A program made the translations under genes and the position numbers. Below the pieces are notes generated by a model. That model saw only the letters and a list, made by a program, of their open reading frames with translations, ran no database searches and was not told where the DNA came from. Of a DNA stretch of 59,152 bases, positions 9,783-19,847 are shown one piece after another. Each line of letters starts with the position of its first letter. Position 1 is the stretch's first letter. Source of the stretch: Hyphomicrobium sp. (GTDB lineage Bacteria; Pseudomonadota; Alphaproteobacteria; Rhizobiales; Hyphomicrobiaceae); NCBI GenBank assembly GCA_031413815.1, contig JANOFU010000094.1:1-59152 (forward strand), given 5' to 3'.

Positions 9783-9846
9783 AGCCGGAATTCATCGAGC
9801 TGCGGATCTTAGTTACAGATGATTGATGAGGAATTGCGCCGTGGAA

Positions 9847-10794
9847 ATGCACCAAGTCCGTTATTTTCTAGCGGTGGCGCGCCTTTTGAATTTTACGCGC
9901 GCCGCAGAGGAGTGCAACGTCGCACAACCTTCGCTGACGCGTGCGGTGAAACAACTCGAAGAAGAATTTGGCGGCGAGCTGTTCCGTCGCGAACGCAACC
10001 TCACGCACCTGTCCGATCTTGGTCATCGCATGCGGCCGATGCTGCAACAATGCTATGACAGCGCGCTGAATGCTAAGGCACTGGCGCAGATATTGAAGAC
10101 TGGCGGCATTGCTCCGCTGGCGATTGGACTGTCTTCGTCGACCAACATTACCATGCTGATCCCGTTCCTAACGGAACTGGTGCGCGCAATGCCGGGCCTG
10201 GCTCTCAGGTTCTCGCGGGGCAGCAGCTCAGACATGCTGGAACTTCTAAAGAAGGGCGACGTCGAAGTGGCCGTGGCTGGGCCGTTGGGTGCAGACTGGG
10301 ACCGGCTGGATACTTGGCCCTTGTTTACGGAGCCGTATCGGCTGGCAGTCAGCAAGACGCATAGGCTTGCAAAGCAAACCAGCCCGTTAGCGGCGGAGGA
10401 AATTGCCAAGGAACGCCTTCTTTGCAGGCCGTTCTGCGAACATTTGAAGGTCCTTTCAGATTTCCTGGAGGAACGGAAATCACAACCGCAAACACAACAT
10501 AGAGTTGACTCCGACCACGATCTCGAGCCGCTTATCGGTGCAAGTCTTGGCGTTGCGATTGCGCCATTGAGCGCGATTAATTCTGAAAATATTGATTGGC
10601 TGGATATAGATGGCCTCAGTATCAACCGTACAGTCAACGTTTATGGCGTCGCGGGCCGCCAGCGTTCGGTGGCCGCTAGCACCTTCATCAAAATGCTGCG
10701 TGCGGCTGACTGGTCGGCGTTCGAAGGAGAACGGGAGCCAAAGCCAAAGCCAAAGCCAGAGAAGGTCAAACCAGCAAAGCCTGCGCGAACTTAA
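9847..10794 (+). CDS. LysR-family transcriptional regulator with a C-terminal KPKPKPEKVKPAKP low-complexity tail
   Basis: HTH VRYFLAVARLLNFTRAAEECNVAQPSLTRAVKQLE. Paralogous to the LysR at 3388. The tail is a Pro/Lys repeat. Confidence 0.85.
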   Translation: MHQVRYFLAVARLLNFTRAAEECNVAQPSLTRAVKQLEEEFGGELFRRERNLTHLSDLGHRMRPMLQQCYDSALNAKALAQILKTGGIAPLAIGLSSSTNITMLIPFLTELVRAMPGLALRFSRGSSSDMLELLKKGDVEVAVAGPLGADWDRLDTWPLFTEPYRLAVSKTHRLAKQTSPLAAEEIAKERLLCRPFCEHLKVLSDFLEERKSQPQTQHRVDSDHDLEPLIGASLGVAIAPLSAINSENIDWLDIDGLSINRTVNVYGVAGRQRSVAASTFIKMLRAADWSAFEGEREPKPKPKPEKVKPAKPART

Positions 10795-10833
10795 TTTCGA
10801 TTGAAAGCGCAGCGATATCCAGGGTGGCCTTCA

Positions 10834-11532
10834 CTACCGTGCCAAATGTAAGGCAGCAACAATCTCGTCGATATCCATGCGCCTGCGGAAATCCGGATCG
10901 ACTAGGCGGGCGAGGATAATGCCATCGGCGCCAACAACAAACGTGGCCGGGATGGGTAAGAACCAAGAGGCGTTGCCCTGGCTGTAATCGAGTTGCAGAC
11001 CATCGGCGACAAACAGACGGCGTATGCGGTCGCCAACCCACATCACCAGATTTATCGACAAAGCGTAGCCGTTGTTCTCATCACTGAGGATGGGGAATGC
11101 ATGATCTGTTTCTTTCGCGACCTGTGCAGTAAATGCCCGGGTTTCCGGCATGATGGATACAACTTGCCCGCCTGCCGAATTGATTTCTGCAAGGGCACAC
11201 TTCAAAGCGTGAAGCTCCAAAAGGCAGTACGGGCACCAGTGACCGCGATTGAAGCTGACAACTGCGCGCCCGCGCGAAAGAATTCCGTTCAGATCGTGCA
11301 TGCGGCCGTCTGCATCTGGAAGCGAAAACGCCGGCATTTCATCACCCGCATCCGGAGCCTGCCAGCCGGTCCGGATGTTTTGCAGTCTCGTCACCAATTC
11401 GTCGTAGGCATCAGCATATGCAGGGGCGTGCTCGCGCAATGCCGAGGAGTAGAGGGCCAAGCGCTCATTGAGCGGTGCTTCCAAGGTACAAATTCGCTTG
11501 AAAACGTCGTCGAGTGGATCGGGTTCAGACAT
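10834..11532 (-). CDS. thioredoxin-fold redoxin (AhpC/TSA-like) with a CxxC motif (GHWCPYC)
   Basis: FNRGHWCPYC motif with thioredoxin-like spacing. An alternative TTG start lies at 11604. Confidence 0.7.
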   Translation of the reverse strand: MSEPDPLDDVFKRICTLEAPLNERLALYSSALREHAPAYADAYDELVTRLQNIRTGWQAPDAGDEMPAFSLPDADGRMHDLNGILSRGRAVVSFNRGHWCPYCLLELHALKCALAEINSAGGQVVSIMPETRAFTAQVAKETDHAFPILSDENNGYALSINLVMWVGDRIRRLFVADGLQLDYSQGNASWFLPIPATFVVGADGIILARLVDPDFRRRMDIDEIVAALHLAR

Positions 11533-11626
11533 TGAGCGGTCTTTGAGTTTTAAGTGATAGTTGTTCTCGACGCCATCCAAACAGGGGATAGGCCAATTTG
11601 CCAAGATATTATTTCAGACAAGACTT

Positions 11627-12355
11627 CTATCCAGGCCGGAGCGGATCGGATTGGACCGCTTCCAGAATGGCCTCGATATCCATTTTTTTGCGGAAATCAG
11701 GGTCAACGAAGCGTGCAATGATGCGTCCGTTGCGGCCGACGACGAACGTGGCGGGTACCGGCACGCACCACCCGTCGTTGCCTTGGAATGCTTCGAGCTG
11801 CAAGCCGCGAGAAAGCATGTGTGTTTTGATGTCGTGTCCCAACCACATAACCAAGCCGAGTGACAGCGCGTAGCCGTTATCAATATCGGTCAAAACGAGT
11901 AAACCATCAAATGTCTCGGATTTGAGCGTTTGAGCGTATTCCTGATAGTCAGGAACGATAGAAACAACTTGAGCGCCGCAGGCATCCAGGTCCTGCTGAA
12001 AGCTGGCGGCTGTTTTCAGTGCAATCCGGCAGAACGGGCACCAGTGACCGCGATCGAAGCAGACGACAACCGGTCCCTTCGCAGTCAAATCTTCGAGGCT
12101 TATGAGACGGGCGGTATCTGTTGGCAGCAAAAACGCCGGCATGATGTCGCCAACAGCAGGGGCTCCTTTGCCCACGTCGCCTGCTGCGAGGCGGGCAACG
12201 AGGTCATCATAGGCCGTGGCGAACGGTAGGTTGAACTCGCGCAGTTTGCCCGCATAGGCAGCCAGGCGCACATGGAGCGGGGCATCGACGCGGCAGATCT
12301 GCTCGAACGCTTCCGCCAGTGTCCCGTTCAACATCACATCCGCGCCTGCCGTCAT
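11627..12355 (-). CDS. thioredoxin-fold redoxin paralogue (GHWCPFC), tandem to the previous gene
   Basis: Collinear similarity with the 10834 gene along its whole length. GGAAAGAG RBS before the ATG at 12355. Confidence 0.7.
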   Translation of the reverse strand: MTAGADVMLNGTLAEAFEQICRVDAPLHVRLAAYAGKLREFNLPFATAYDDLVARLAAGDVGKGAPAVGDIMPAFLLPTDTARLISLEDLTAKGPVVVCFDRGHWCPFCRIALKTAASFQQDLDACGAQVVSIVPDYQEYAQTLKSETFDGLLVLTDIDNGYALSLGLVMWLGHDIKTHMLSRGLQLEAFQGNDGWCVPVPATFVVGRNGRIIARFVDPDFRKKMDIEAILEAVQSDPLRPG

Positions 12356-12599
12356 CAAGGTCTCTTTCCGGCTTCTCCAGCCGTTTGAAACTCCGGCACC
12401 CCCGGCTCCGTCATACAATTGCCTTTGCACCGTACAGTCGCATTCGGCCGGATAGAAATGCCTGTGAGCTCAGGGTTCCATAGACGCAGGCTATTGTCTT
12501 GTGAGGCAAATCGTATTTCCCGCAGCGCAGCGGTTTGTGCACTCTTATTATAAGTCCGCAGCGCAGCGGCGGCCGAAACAGAGGCAAAAGGATTGTGCA

Positions 12600-13094
12600 A
12601 TGTTCAGACTTAACCTCAGTACCGCCATTGTGTCGCTGCTCACCATCGTAGGCATCGCCGTTTTTGCTGCTCCCGCTTTAACGGCGGCACAAGCCGTGAT
12701 AGGCGACGGCGTGATCACTGTTGAAAGTGCTTATGGATTGCAGGAGACCGTCGAGCGACTGCGCCAGGACATCGAAACAAAAGGCATCAAGTTCTTTGCA
12801 GCGATTGATCAAGCCGAACTTGGCAATTCGGCCGGTATTAAGCTCAATCCGTCGACCTTGCTGGTGTTCGGCAATCCGCCGCTCGGCATTCAATTCTTGA
12901 CTGCCAACCCGTATGCTGGTCTCGATTGGCCGGTGCGCCTTTTGGTGACGCAGAATGACAAGGGCGAGATTTGGCTCGCATACACCGATTTCAATTGGAT
13001 TGCCAAACGCCACCACATCACGGACCGCGAAGCGCAGTTCAAGATGGCAAGCGACGTCATTGGCTCGATTACATCCAGCGTCACAAAGAAATAG
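12600..13094 (+). CDS. DUF302-family protein with a signal peptide
   Basis: AAAGGA RBS. Signal MFRLNLSTAIVSLLTIVGIAVFAAPALTAAQA. DUF302-like core (GIKFFAAIDQA...PYAGLDWPVRLLV). Confidence 0.7.
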   Translation: MFRLNLSTAIVSLLTIVGIAVFAAPALTAAQAVIGDGVITVESAYGLQETVERLRQDIETKGIKFFAAIDQAELGNSAGIKLNPSTLLVFGNPPLGIQFLTANPYAGLDWPVRLLVTQNDKGEIWLAYTDFNWIAKRHHITDREAQFKMASDVIGSITSSVTKK

Positions 13095-13273
13095 TTCCGA
13101 ACACCTGTTCGCTGTGACTGCACTAAACGCCAAATTTTTGTTGTTTTGAATGCCTTGCCAGCCAGATTCTGACGTCCGCTCTGGGTCAAAAGCGAACGCC
13201 AGAATTGCCAAACGATACGGCAGCTTTTGAATTGGGAAGCGGACGCCCGCGCGCGCTGTCCGTCAGGTTTGTG

Positions 13274-14233
13274 TCACGCGCCTGCCGCTCGTCCCGCAAC
13301 GTCCGCCAATGCCTCCCGCAGGGCATCGGCCACGCCGGGTTCAGTCAAGGCGTGGCCCGCCGCTTCGATGTAGTGCAGCCGGCAGCCGGGCCAAGCTTTT
13401 GCCAGGGCGTCGGCAGCTGCAGGCGGGCACAGCAGATCGTAGCGGCCTTGGACGATAACGCCTGGAATGCCAGCGAGGCGGTGCGCGCTGGTGAGCAACT
13501 GGTTGGGCTCGAGAAAGAACGACTGCGCAATGAAATGCGCTTCCATGAGCGGCGTAGGCGGCAGGCGTTGACCTCCGGCGTCGGTCGCGGACAGGGGCGA
13601 TGGGCGTGGGTTCAACTCTGACAACGCGCGCTCATAGGCATTCCAGACTTGGGCGGCAGGCCCGTGGACTGCGCGATCGGGATGATTGAGGCGCGCAAGG
13701 TACGCGGGCAAAGGTGCTGCGCGGTCTTCGGTAGGCAGGGCGTCAACGAATGCCCGGTACAACTCCGGCCGGAAGCGTTTCGGACCATCGATAAACGCCC
13801 ATTCGACTTCGGCGTCCGTGCCGAGAAACATCGCGCGTAGTACGAGACCGGCCACGCGTTCAGGAAACGCTTGCGCGTAAGCCACCGCGAGCGTTGAGCC
13901 CCAAGAGCCGCCGAGCACAATCCACGTCTCGATACCGAAGTGACAGCGAACGGCTTCAATGTCGGCGATCAAATGCTGCGTCGTGTTGGCGGTGCGCGAC
14001 AAGTACGGATGGCTGCGGCCTGATCCGCGTTGATCAAACAGGATGGCGCGGAAGCGGTTTGCGTCGAACAGCTCGCGGTGCATGTGTTGCGCGCCGCTGC
14101 CGGGGCCCCCGTGCAGGAACAACACGGGCACACCATCAGACCGTCCGCATTGTTCAATGTAGAGCCAATGACCATCGCCGACGCTCAGCATGATGGCGTC
14201 GAACGGGCGAAGGCTTGGCGTTGCGTCCGTCAT
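13274..14233 (-). CDS. pip: proline iminopeptidase (alpha/beta hydrolase, S33)
   Basis: HGGPG motif, GGSWGSTLA nucleophile elbow, and C-terminal Asp/His. Starts 16 nt after the actP stop. Confidence 0.85.
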   Translation of the reverse strand: MTDATPSLRPFDAIMLSVGDGHWLYIEQCGRSDGVPVLFLHGGPGSGAQHMHRELFDANRFRAILFDQRGSGRSHPYLSRTANTTQHLIADIEAVRCHFGIETWIVLGGSWGSTLAVAYAQAFPERVAGLVLRAMFLGTDAEVEWAFIDGPKRFRPELYRAFVDALPTEDRAAPLPAYLARLNHPDRAVHGPAAQVWNAYERALSELNPRPSPLSATDAGGQRLPPTPLMEAHFIAQSFFLEPNQLLTSAHRLAGIPGVIVQGRYDLLCPPAAADALAKAWPGCRLHYIEAAGHALTEPGVADALREALADVAGRAAGA

Positions 14234-14249
14234 CTCGTGTCTGGGGCCT

Positions 14250-15944
14250 TCAATGGGAGCTGGCGCCTTCAGCGCCAATGCCGGTTTCGCAGCGGACGAA
14301 CTGCGCCGGGTAAGCCGCGCGTTCTTTATCGGCTTGCGCGCTGCGATCAAACTTCGACACCAGCCAGATGGTGACGAAGGCCAGTGGGACGGAGAATAGT
14401 GCCGGGTTGTCGTAGGGGAAGATGGCCTCGGCAAATCCAAAGGTTTTGACCCAAACGGCAGGGCTCAAAACCACCATGGCAACCGCAGTCACCAGACCGA
14501 GTAATCCCCCCGCGACTGCCCCGCGCGTTGTGGTGCCGCGCCAGTGCAGGCTCATCAGCAGAACGGGGAAGTTGCAACTGGCGGCAATCGCGAACGCGAG
14601 GCCGACCATAAACGCGACGTTCTGCTTTTCGAACACGTAGCCAAGAATGATCGCGATGATGCCAATGAACACCGCAGAGAGCTTTGATAGACGGACTTCT
14701 GTTTCTTCGGAAATTCCATCGTGCGCGAAGGCGTTGGCGTAAAGATCGTGACTGACGGCGGACGCGCCAGCCAGCGTCAAGCCGGCCACGACTGCAAGAA
14801 TGGTTGCGAAGGCGACGGCCGAGATAAAACCAAGGAACAGCGATCCGCCAACCGCCGATGACAAGTGAACGGCGGCCATGTTGGTGCCGCCGAGTAAATC
14901 GGCGACCTTGTCAAAGGCACCATCTGCGCCGGGCTTGTAGTATGTCGCGTCTCCCATCAGCAGTGTGATGGCACCGAAGCCAATGATGAAGGTCAGTATA
15001 TAAAAGTAGCCGATGAAACCGGTGGCATAGAGCACGGATTTGCGCGCGGCTTGGGCGTTCGGCACCGTGAAGAAGCGCATGAGGATGTGCGGCAATCCGG
15101 CGGTGCCAAACATCAGCGCCACGCCGAGGGAAATGGCGGACACAGGATCGGCAACGAGTTTGCCAGGCGCCATGATGGACTCGCCGCCGGGATGAATAGC
15201 CGTGGCGGCCTTGAACATGGCTTCCGGGGAAAACGCAAAATGCGCCAGGACCATGAATGCCATGAATGTCGCGCCGCCGAGCAGCAGGCAGGCCTTGATG
15301 ATTTGCACCCAAGTGGTGGCGACCATGCCGCCGAAGGCAACGTAGGTGATCATCAGCGCGCCGACGAGAACGATGGCATAGAGGTAATCGAGGCCAAACA
15401 GCAGTTCGATCAGCTTTCCCGCGCCGACCATTTGTGCGATGAGATAGAACGCGACAACAGCCAGCGTGCCGGTTGCCGACAAGATGCGGATCGGACGGGC
15501 ATCGAGGCGAAACGCGGTGACATCGGCAAAGGTGTATTTGCCGAGGTTGCGCAATTGCTCGGCCATCAAGAACATGACGATCGGCCAGCCGACGAGAAAC
15601 CCGACCGAATAAATCAAACCGTCAAAGCCAGACGAGAACACGAGCCCGGAAATGCCGAGGAAGGAGGCGGCCGACATATAGTCGCCTGCAATCGCCAGGC
15701 CGTTCTGGAACCCGGTGATACCGCCGCCCGCCGCGTAGAAATCGGCGGCGGATTTGGTGCGGGCTGCCGCCCACTTCGTGATCCCGAGTGTCGCCACGAC
15801 AAACGCCAGGAACATCATGATGGCAGGCATATTGAGTGGCTGCTTCGTGCCGCCCTCGATGGGACCGGCGGCGAATGCAACAATCGGCAGCACAATCGCG
15901 GCGAGCAGACAGAACACCGCCAACTTCACAGAGTGCATCGGCAT
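14250..15944 (-). CDS. actP: cation/acetate symporter ActP (SSS family)
   Basis: Sodium:solute symporter topology. Collinear with ActP. Its start overlaps the DUF485 stop by 1 nt. Confidence 0.85.
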   Translation of the reverse strand: MPMHSVKLAVFCLLAAIVLPIVAFAAGPIEGGTKQPLNMPAIMMFLAFVVATLGITKWAAARTKSAADFYAAGGGITGFQNGLAIAGDYMSAASFLGISGLVFSSGFDGLIYSVGFLVGWPIVMFLMAEQLRNLGKYTFADVTAFRLDARPIRILSATGTLAVVAFYLIAQMVGAGKLIELLFGLDYLYAIVLVGALMITYVAFGGMVATTWVQIIKACLLLGGATFMAFMVLAHFAFSPEAMFKAATAIHPGGESIMAPGKLVADPVSAISLGVALMFGTAGLPHILMRFFTVPNAQAARKSVLYATGFIGYFYILTFIIGFGAITLLMGDATYYKPGADGAFDKVADLLGGTNMAAVHLSSAVGGSLFLGFISAVAFATILAVVAGLTLAGASAVSHDLYANAFAHDGISEETEVRLSKLSAVFIGIIAIILGYVFEKQNVAFMVGLAFAIAASCNFPVLLMSLHWRGTTTRGAVAGGLLGLVTAVAMVVLSPAVWVKTFGFAEAIFPYDNPALFSVPLAFVTIWLVSKFDRSAQADKERAAYPAQFVRCETGIGAEGASSH

Positions 15945-16258
15945 CAGCGGCTGCGCTCCGTGATGGCATGCATTGATTGATCGAACGACGTATTGGCGCG
16001 CCACACGTACAACGCAACCAACAAGAATGCAGACACGATGACGAACAACCCCACCAGAATTCCGATGGACGTGACGCCGTCGCCTACTCGCTGGCCCAGC
16101 GATTGCGGAGCAAACGCCACTGCTGCGATAAAACCGAAGTAGATGATTAGCATCAGGCTGGACAACAGCCAGGCAAACCGCCGGCGGCGCGCCACAAACT
16201 CATGGAACGCGGGATCGCGCTCGATCGTCTCGAGCCGCGCCCGAGTGTCGGATGTCAT
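15944..16258 (-). CDS. DUF485 (YjcH-like) small inner-membrane protein, partner of ActP
   Basis: About 105 aa with two TM helices. The conserved position immediately upstream of actP. Confidence 0.7.
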   Translation of the reverse strand: MTSDTRARLETIERDPAFHEFVARRRRFAWLLSSLMLIIYFGFIAAVAFAPQSLGQRVGDGVTSIGILVGLFVIVSAFLLVALYVWRANTSFDQSMHAITERSR

Positions 16259-16382
16259 GAACGGGTCTCCCCCCGGCAGCCAATCGCGTGACGCCACGCG
16301 TGTTGACATCATCCTAGCGCATTGGCGAGCAACCGGTAGCCCGTTCTCAGGTTTCAGTGTGTGCTGGCTCCGTGGAAAGAGG

Positions 16383-17285
16383 TCACGACTTGACGGGCAG
16401 CCGCCCCTCCGGCACGCCGAGCGCATCGGCAAGCCGGGCAGTTGCAGACCCTGGCCGCAACGGCTTTTGCTGGCTCTCGTGGGGAACCCAGGCGGTCATG
16501 GTCAAAATCTCGAAAGTTGCAGGCACACGCCCCCCGGCCTCGCCGAACATGCTTGCGTAGAGTTCAGCGGCTCGAAATAGAAGCGTGCGCGTCACCGGCA
16601 CTCGCCGCCGGGCCGTCAGAACATTGCTGGCCCCCATCGCCTTGATGTCACGCATAAGGCCAAGCGCCGAGTCATAGCGGACGGTGACAACATCGGAGTC
16701 GACAACGGGCAGTGCGAACCCTGCGCGTTGCAGCAAGCCACCGAGATCGCGGACATCGGCAAACGGCGCGACACGTGGCGACACGCCGCCGCTGATCTCC
16801 GTTTCCGCTGCGAGCCACGCAGCGCGCAGTTCTTTCAACGTGTCGCCGCCCACCAGAGCGCCGAGAAACAACCCATCCGGCTTCAGCGCGCGGCGGATTT
16901 GCAGCAGCGCGCCCGGCAGATCGTTAACGTGTTGCAGCGTCAGGCCCGAAACCGCGAGATCAAACGCGCCGTCGGCGAATGGCAAGGCCTCCTCATCAGC
17001 CAGAACGCGCAAGCCGTTACAGCGGTCAAGAAGTGCAGAGCTCGTCTCCGTTTCAACGATGGTCTCGATACTGGGACTGCTCTGCAAAACGCGGCCAACA
17101 ACCCCGTGATGCGCGCCGATGTTGACCGCCCGCGGAAACGTGCGCCGCACCATTCCAAGGCGATCGGCAAAATCCTCAGCCACCCGGTCGAGCAGGAACG
17201 CGTGTGCGCCAGCTGCGGCTGCCACACGGTTGCGGTGCCGGGCGAGCACGGGCCTGTCAAAAACGTTGAAGTCCGCTGCCATCCT
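16383..17285 (-). CDS. SAM-dependent methyltransferase (class I)
   Basis: Methyltransferase motifs VLADEEALPFADGAFDLAVSG...LKPDG. Conserved neighbour of comF/grxC in Alphaproteobacteria. Confidence 0.7.
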   Translation of the reverse strand, partial: RMAADFNVFDRPVLARHRNRVAAAAGAHAFLLDRVAEDFADRLGMVRRTFPRAVNIGAHHGVVGRVLQSSPSIETIVETETSSALLDRCNGLRVLADEEALPFADGAFDLAVSGLTLQHVNDLPGALLQIRRALKPDGLFLGALVGGDTLKELRAAWLAAETEISGGVSPRVAPFADVRDLGGLLQRAGFALPVVDSDVVTVRYDSALGLMRDIKAMGASNVLTARRRVPVTRTLLFRAAELYASMFGEAGGRVPATFEILTMTAWVPHESQQKPLRPGSATARLADALGVPEGRLPVKS

Positions 17286-17407
17286 TACGCCTGGACCATG
17301 TTTCGCCGTGCACTGAGACACTCGCGCAAAACCGAGCGCCAGGCTAACATAGCCGGCGGAGACCGCGAAATATGGGCGAAATGCCACCCCCTCCTGCCCT
17401 AAGCCGC

Positions 17408-18187
17408 ATGCGCCGGATCGCAACCTGGCCGCAGACCCTGCGCGTCGCGGGCGGGCATGCCTTGTCGCGCTTAAGCGATCTTGTCGTCCCGCCGCTGTGC
17501 CATGGCTGTCACGAGCCGATGACTGGCCACAATACGCTGTGTGCCATCTGCTGGGGCGGCATCGACTTTATCCGCGCACCCTTATGCGACCGGCTTGGTA
17601 TTCCGATGCCATTCGATACCGGCGGCCCGATGGTCTCGGCGGCTGCCGTTGCCGATCCGCCCGTGTTCGACCGCGCCCGCGCCGTCGCTCATCACACCGG
17701 CACCATGCGCACGCTCATTCACGATCTCAAGTTTCACGACCGGGACGATCTTGTTCGGCTGCTGTCTGGCTGGCTGGTCGAAACGGGACATGAGCTGCAC
17801 CGCGACGCCGATGTGATCGTGCCCGTTCCTCTGGGCCGCCTGCGCCTCATAAAGCGCCGGTTCAATCAGGCCGCTTTGCTGGCGCGCGCAATCAGCGGCA
17901 GGACGGGAATCCCGTACGATCCGCTGTCACTGGTCCGGACCCGGCGCACGACATCGCAAGTGGGCCTGACGCGCTTGCAAAGAGCCGACAACGTGCGCGG
18001 AGCGTTCGCGGTGCCGCCCACTCGCCGTGGCCGTATCGAAGACCGGAAAGTCCTTTTAGTTGATGATGTTATGACAACGGGAGCGACGGCCGCGGCGTGC
18101 GCGAAAGCGCTGCGCAATGCCGGCGCCGAACGGATTGACGTGCTCACACTGGCTTTGGTTACAAATCAGGTGCTGGTTCCGATTTAG
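17408..18187 (+). CDS. comF: ComF-family protein (phosphoribosyltransferase domain with an N-terminal zinc ribbon)
   Basis: N-terminal CHGC...CAICW zinc ribbon. C-terminal PRTase motif VLLVDDVMTTGAT. Confidence 0.75.
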   Translation: MRRIATWPQTLRVAGGHALSRLSDLVVPPLCHGCHEPMTGHNTLCAICWGGIDFIRAPLCDRLGIPMPFDTGGPMVSAAAVADPPVFDRARAVAHHTGTMRTLIHDLKFHDRDDLVRLLSGWLVETGHELHRDADVIVPVPLGRLRLIKRRFNQAALLARAISGRTGIPYDPLSLVRTRRTTSQVGLTRLQRADNVRGAFAVPPTRRGRIEDRKVLLVDDVMTTGATAAACAKALRNAGAERIDVLTLALVTNQVLVPI

Positions 18188-18295
18188 TTACTGAGCAAAA
18201 CACCTGTGGCCATTGGCCATCGAAGACTAGGCTTTGCTGCCCGAATACCCATATGCTTAGTGAGGATCTGCCGGCCACCAAGGATGCCGTGCGAC

Positions 18296-18553
18296 ATGAA
18301 AAAAGTCGTCATCTACACCGCCTCCCTCTGTCCGTACTGCCACATGGCGCGGGAGCTCCTGAAAACCAAAGGCGTCGCCTTCGAGGAGGTTGACGTCACC
18401 GGCCGCTCCAGCGTGCGGGCCGAGATGGCCGCAAAAGCGGGTGGCCGCTTGACGGTGCCCCAGATCTGGATTGGCGAAACGCACGTTGGTGGCTGTGACG
18501 ACCTGCATTGCCTCGAACGCTCAGGCAAGCTCGATCGCCTCTTGAGCGCCTAA
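18296..18553 (+). CDS. grxC: glutaredoxin 3
   Basis: Active site CPYC in VVIYTASLCPYCHMAREL. Size and order match grxC. Confidence 0.9.
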   Translation: MKKVVIYTASLCPYCHMARELLKTKGVAFEEVDVTGRSSVRAEMAAKAGGRLTVPQIWIGETHVGGCDDLHCLERSGKLDRLLSA

Positions 18554-18576
18554 CTGCGTCCGGCCATAACCAGTCG

Positions 18577-19446
18577 ATGACCACCGAACTTTCCAAACCG
18601 GCGTTCCGTGCTGCACTGGTGCAGATGTGTTCAGGCCGCGACGTGGCGGCCAATGTCGACGCCGCAACTGCGCTGATCCGCGAGGCGGCCGCGCACGGCG
18701 CGCGGTATGTGCAGACCCCGGAATGCACGACACTCATGGAAATCGAGCCGGCGAAGCTGTTCGCCGCAACGGGACCGGAAGAGGGGAATGCGGCGCTTCT
18801 GCACTTTCAGTCCCTGGCGCGCGAGCTGTCGATCTGGCTGCATATCGGATCGATGGGCATCAAGCTCAGCCCGGACAAGATCGCCAATCGCGCCTATGTG
18901 ATTGCCCCGTCCGGCGATGTGGCCGCCCGCTACGACAAGATCCACATGTTCGACGTCGATCTGCCGGGCGGGGAAAGCTACCGCGAAAGCAAGAATTACA
19001 CGCCTGGCGTCTCTGCAGTGTTGGCGGACTTGCCGTGGGGACCGCTCGGCCTGGGCATATGCTATGACCTGCGCTTCCCTCACCTGTTCCGCTCACTCGC
19101 GCAGGCGGGTGCGAAGTTCCTCGCTGTTCCAGCCGCCTTTACGAAGGTCACGGGTGAGGCCCACTGGCACACCCTTCTGCGCGCGCGCGCCATCGAAGCG
19201 CAGTGCTTCGTCTTCGCTGCCGCCCAAGGTGGCCGGCATGAACATGGCCGTGAAACGTATGGTCACAGCCTGATCATCTCACCATGGGGCCAAATTCTGG
19301 CCGAAGGCGGCGTTCAGCCGTCAGTCATTGTTGCTGATATAGACTTGAACCTGTTGGAGAACGCGCGCGCTCGGGTGCCATCGCTCCGGCATGACCGGAC
19401 CTACGATGTTGTTCGCGCGCCGTCGCAAACTGGTCAAAAGTCATGA
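18577..19446 (+). CDS. carbon-nitrogen hydrolase family protein (nitrilase superfamily)
   Basis: Glu-Lys-Cys triad region (GLGICYDLRFP). Conserved neighbour of grxC. Confidence 0.85.
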   Translation: MTTELSKPAFRAALVQMCSGRDVAANVDAATALIREAAAHGARYVQTPECTTLMEIEPAKLFAATGPEEGNAALLHFQSLARELSIWLHIGSMGIKLSPDKIANRAYVIAPSGDVAARYDKIHMFDVDLPGGESYRESKNYTPGVSAVLADLPWGPLGLGICYDLRFPHLFRSLAQAGAKFLAVPAAFTKVTGEAHWHTLLRARAIEAQCFVFAAAQGGRHEHGRETYGHSLIISPWGQILAEGGVQPSVIVADIDLNLLENARARVPSLRHDRTYDVVRAPSQTGQKS

Positions 19447-19847
19447 TCAAGTACCGCCTTGTTTGCAGCGCAGGGCACGAGTTCGAAGGTTGGTTTCAAA
19501 GCAGCGCCGCCTTCGACACGCAGGCCAAGAAGAAGCAGGTCAGCTGTCTCGCCTGCGGCTCATCGGCTGTCACCAAGGCGGTCATGGCGCCTCGCATCAA
19601 TGCCAACTCCTCCACTGAGGTTGCACCCGCAGACGTGGCACAGCGGATGCGCGACTTGCGCGACAAGCTCGTTGCCAACTCCGAGTACGTTGGCCCGCAG
19701 TTCGCCGAAGAGGCGCGCCGGATCCACTACGAAGAGGCCGATGCCCGCGGCATCTACGGTGAAGCGACCCTTAAAGACGCTCTCGATCTGCACGAAGAAG
19801 GGATTGCCGTCTTGCCGTTGCCGCAGATGCCCGAGGACCACAACTAG
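19443..19847 (+). CDS. DUF1178-family protein (zinc-ribbon N-terminus)
   Basis: ATGA overlap with the upstream gene. CSAGHEFEGWF...CLACGS cysteine pairs. Confidence 0.8.
   Translation: MIKYRLVCSAGHEFEGWFQSSAAFDTQAKKKQVSCLACGSSAVTKAVMAPRINANSSTEVAPADVAQRMRDLRDKLVANSEYVGPQFAEEARRIHYEEADARGIYGEATLKDALDLHEEGIAVLPLPQMPEDHN

Noticed and set aside
15051-15980. 309-aa plus-strand ORF
   Set aside because: Antisense shadow of actP. His/Arg/Gly-rich nonsense translation.
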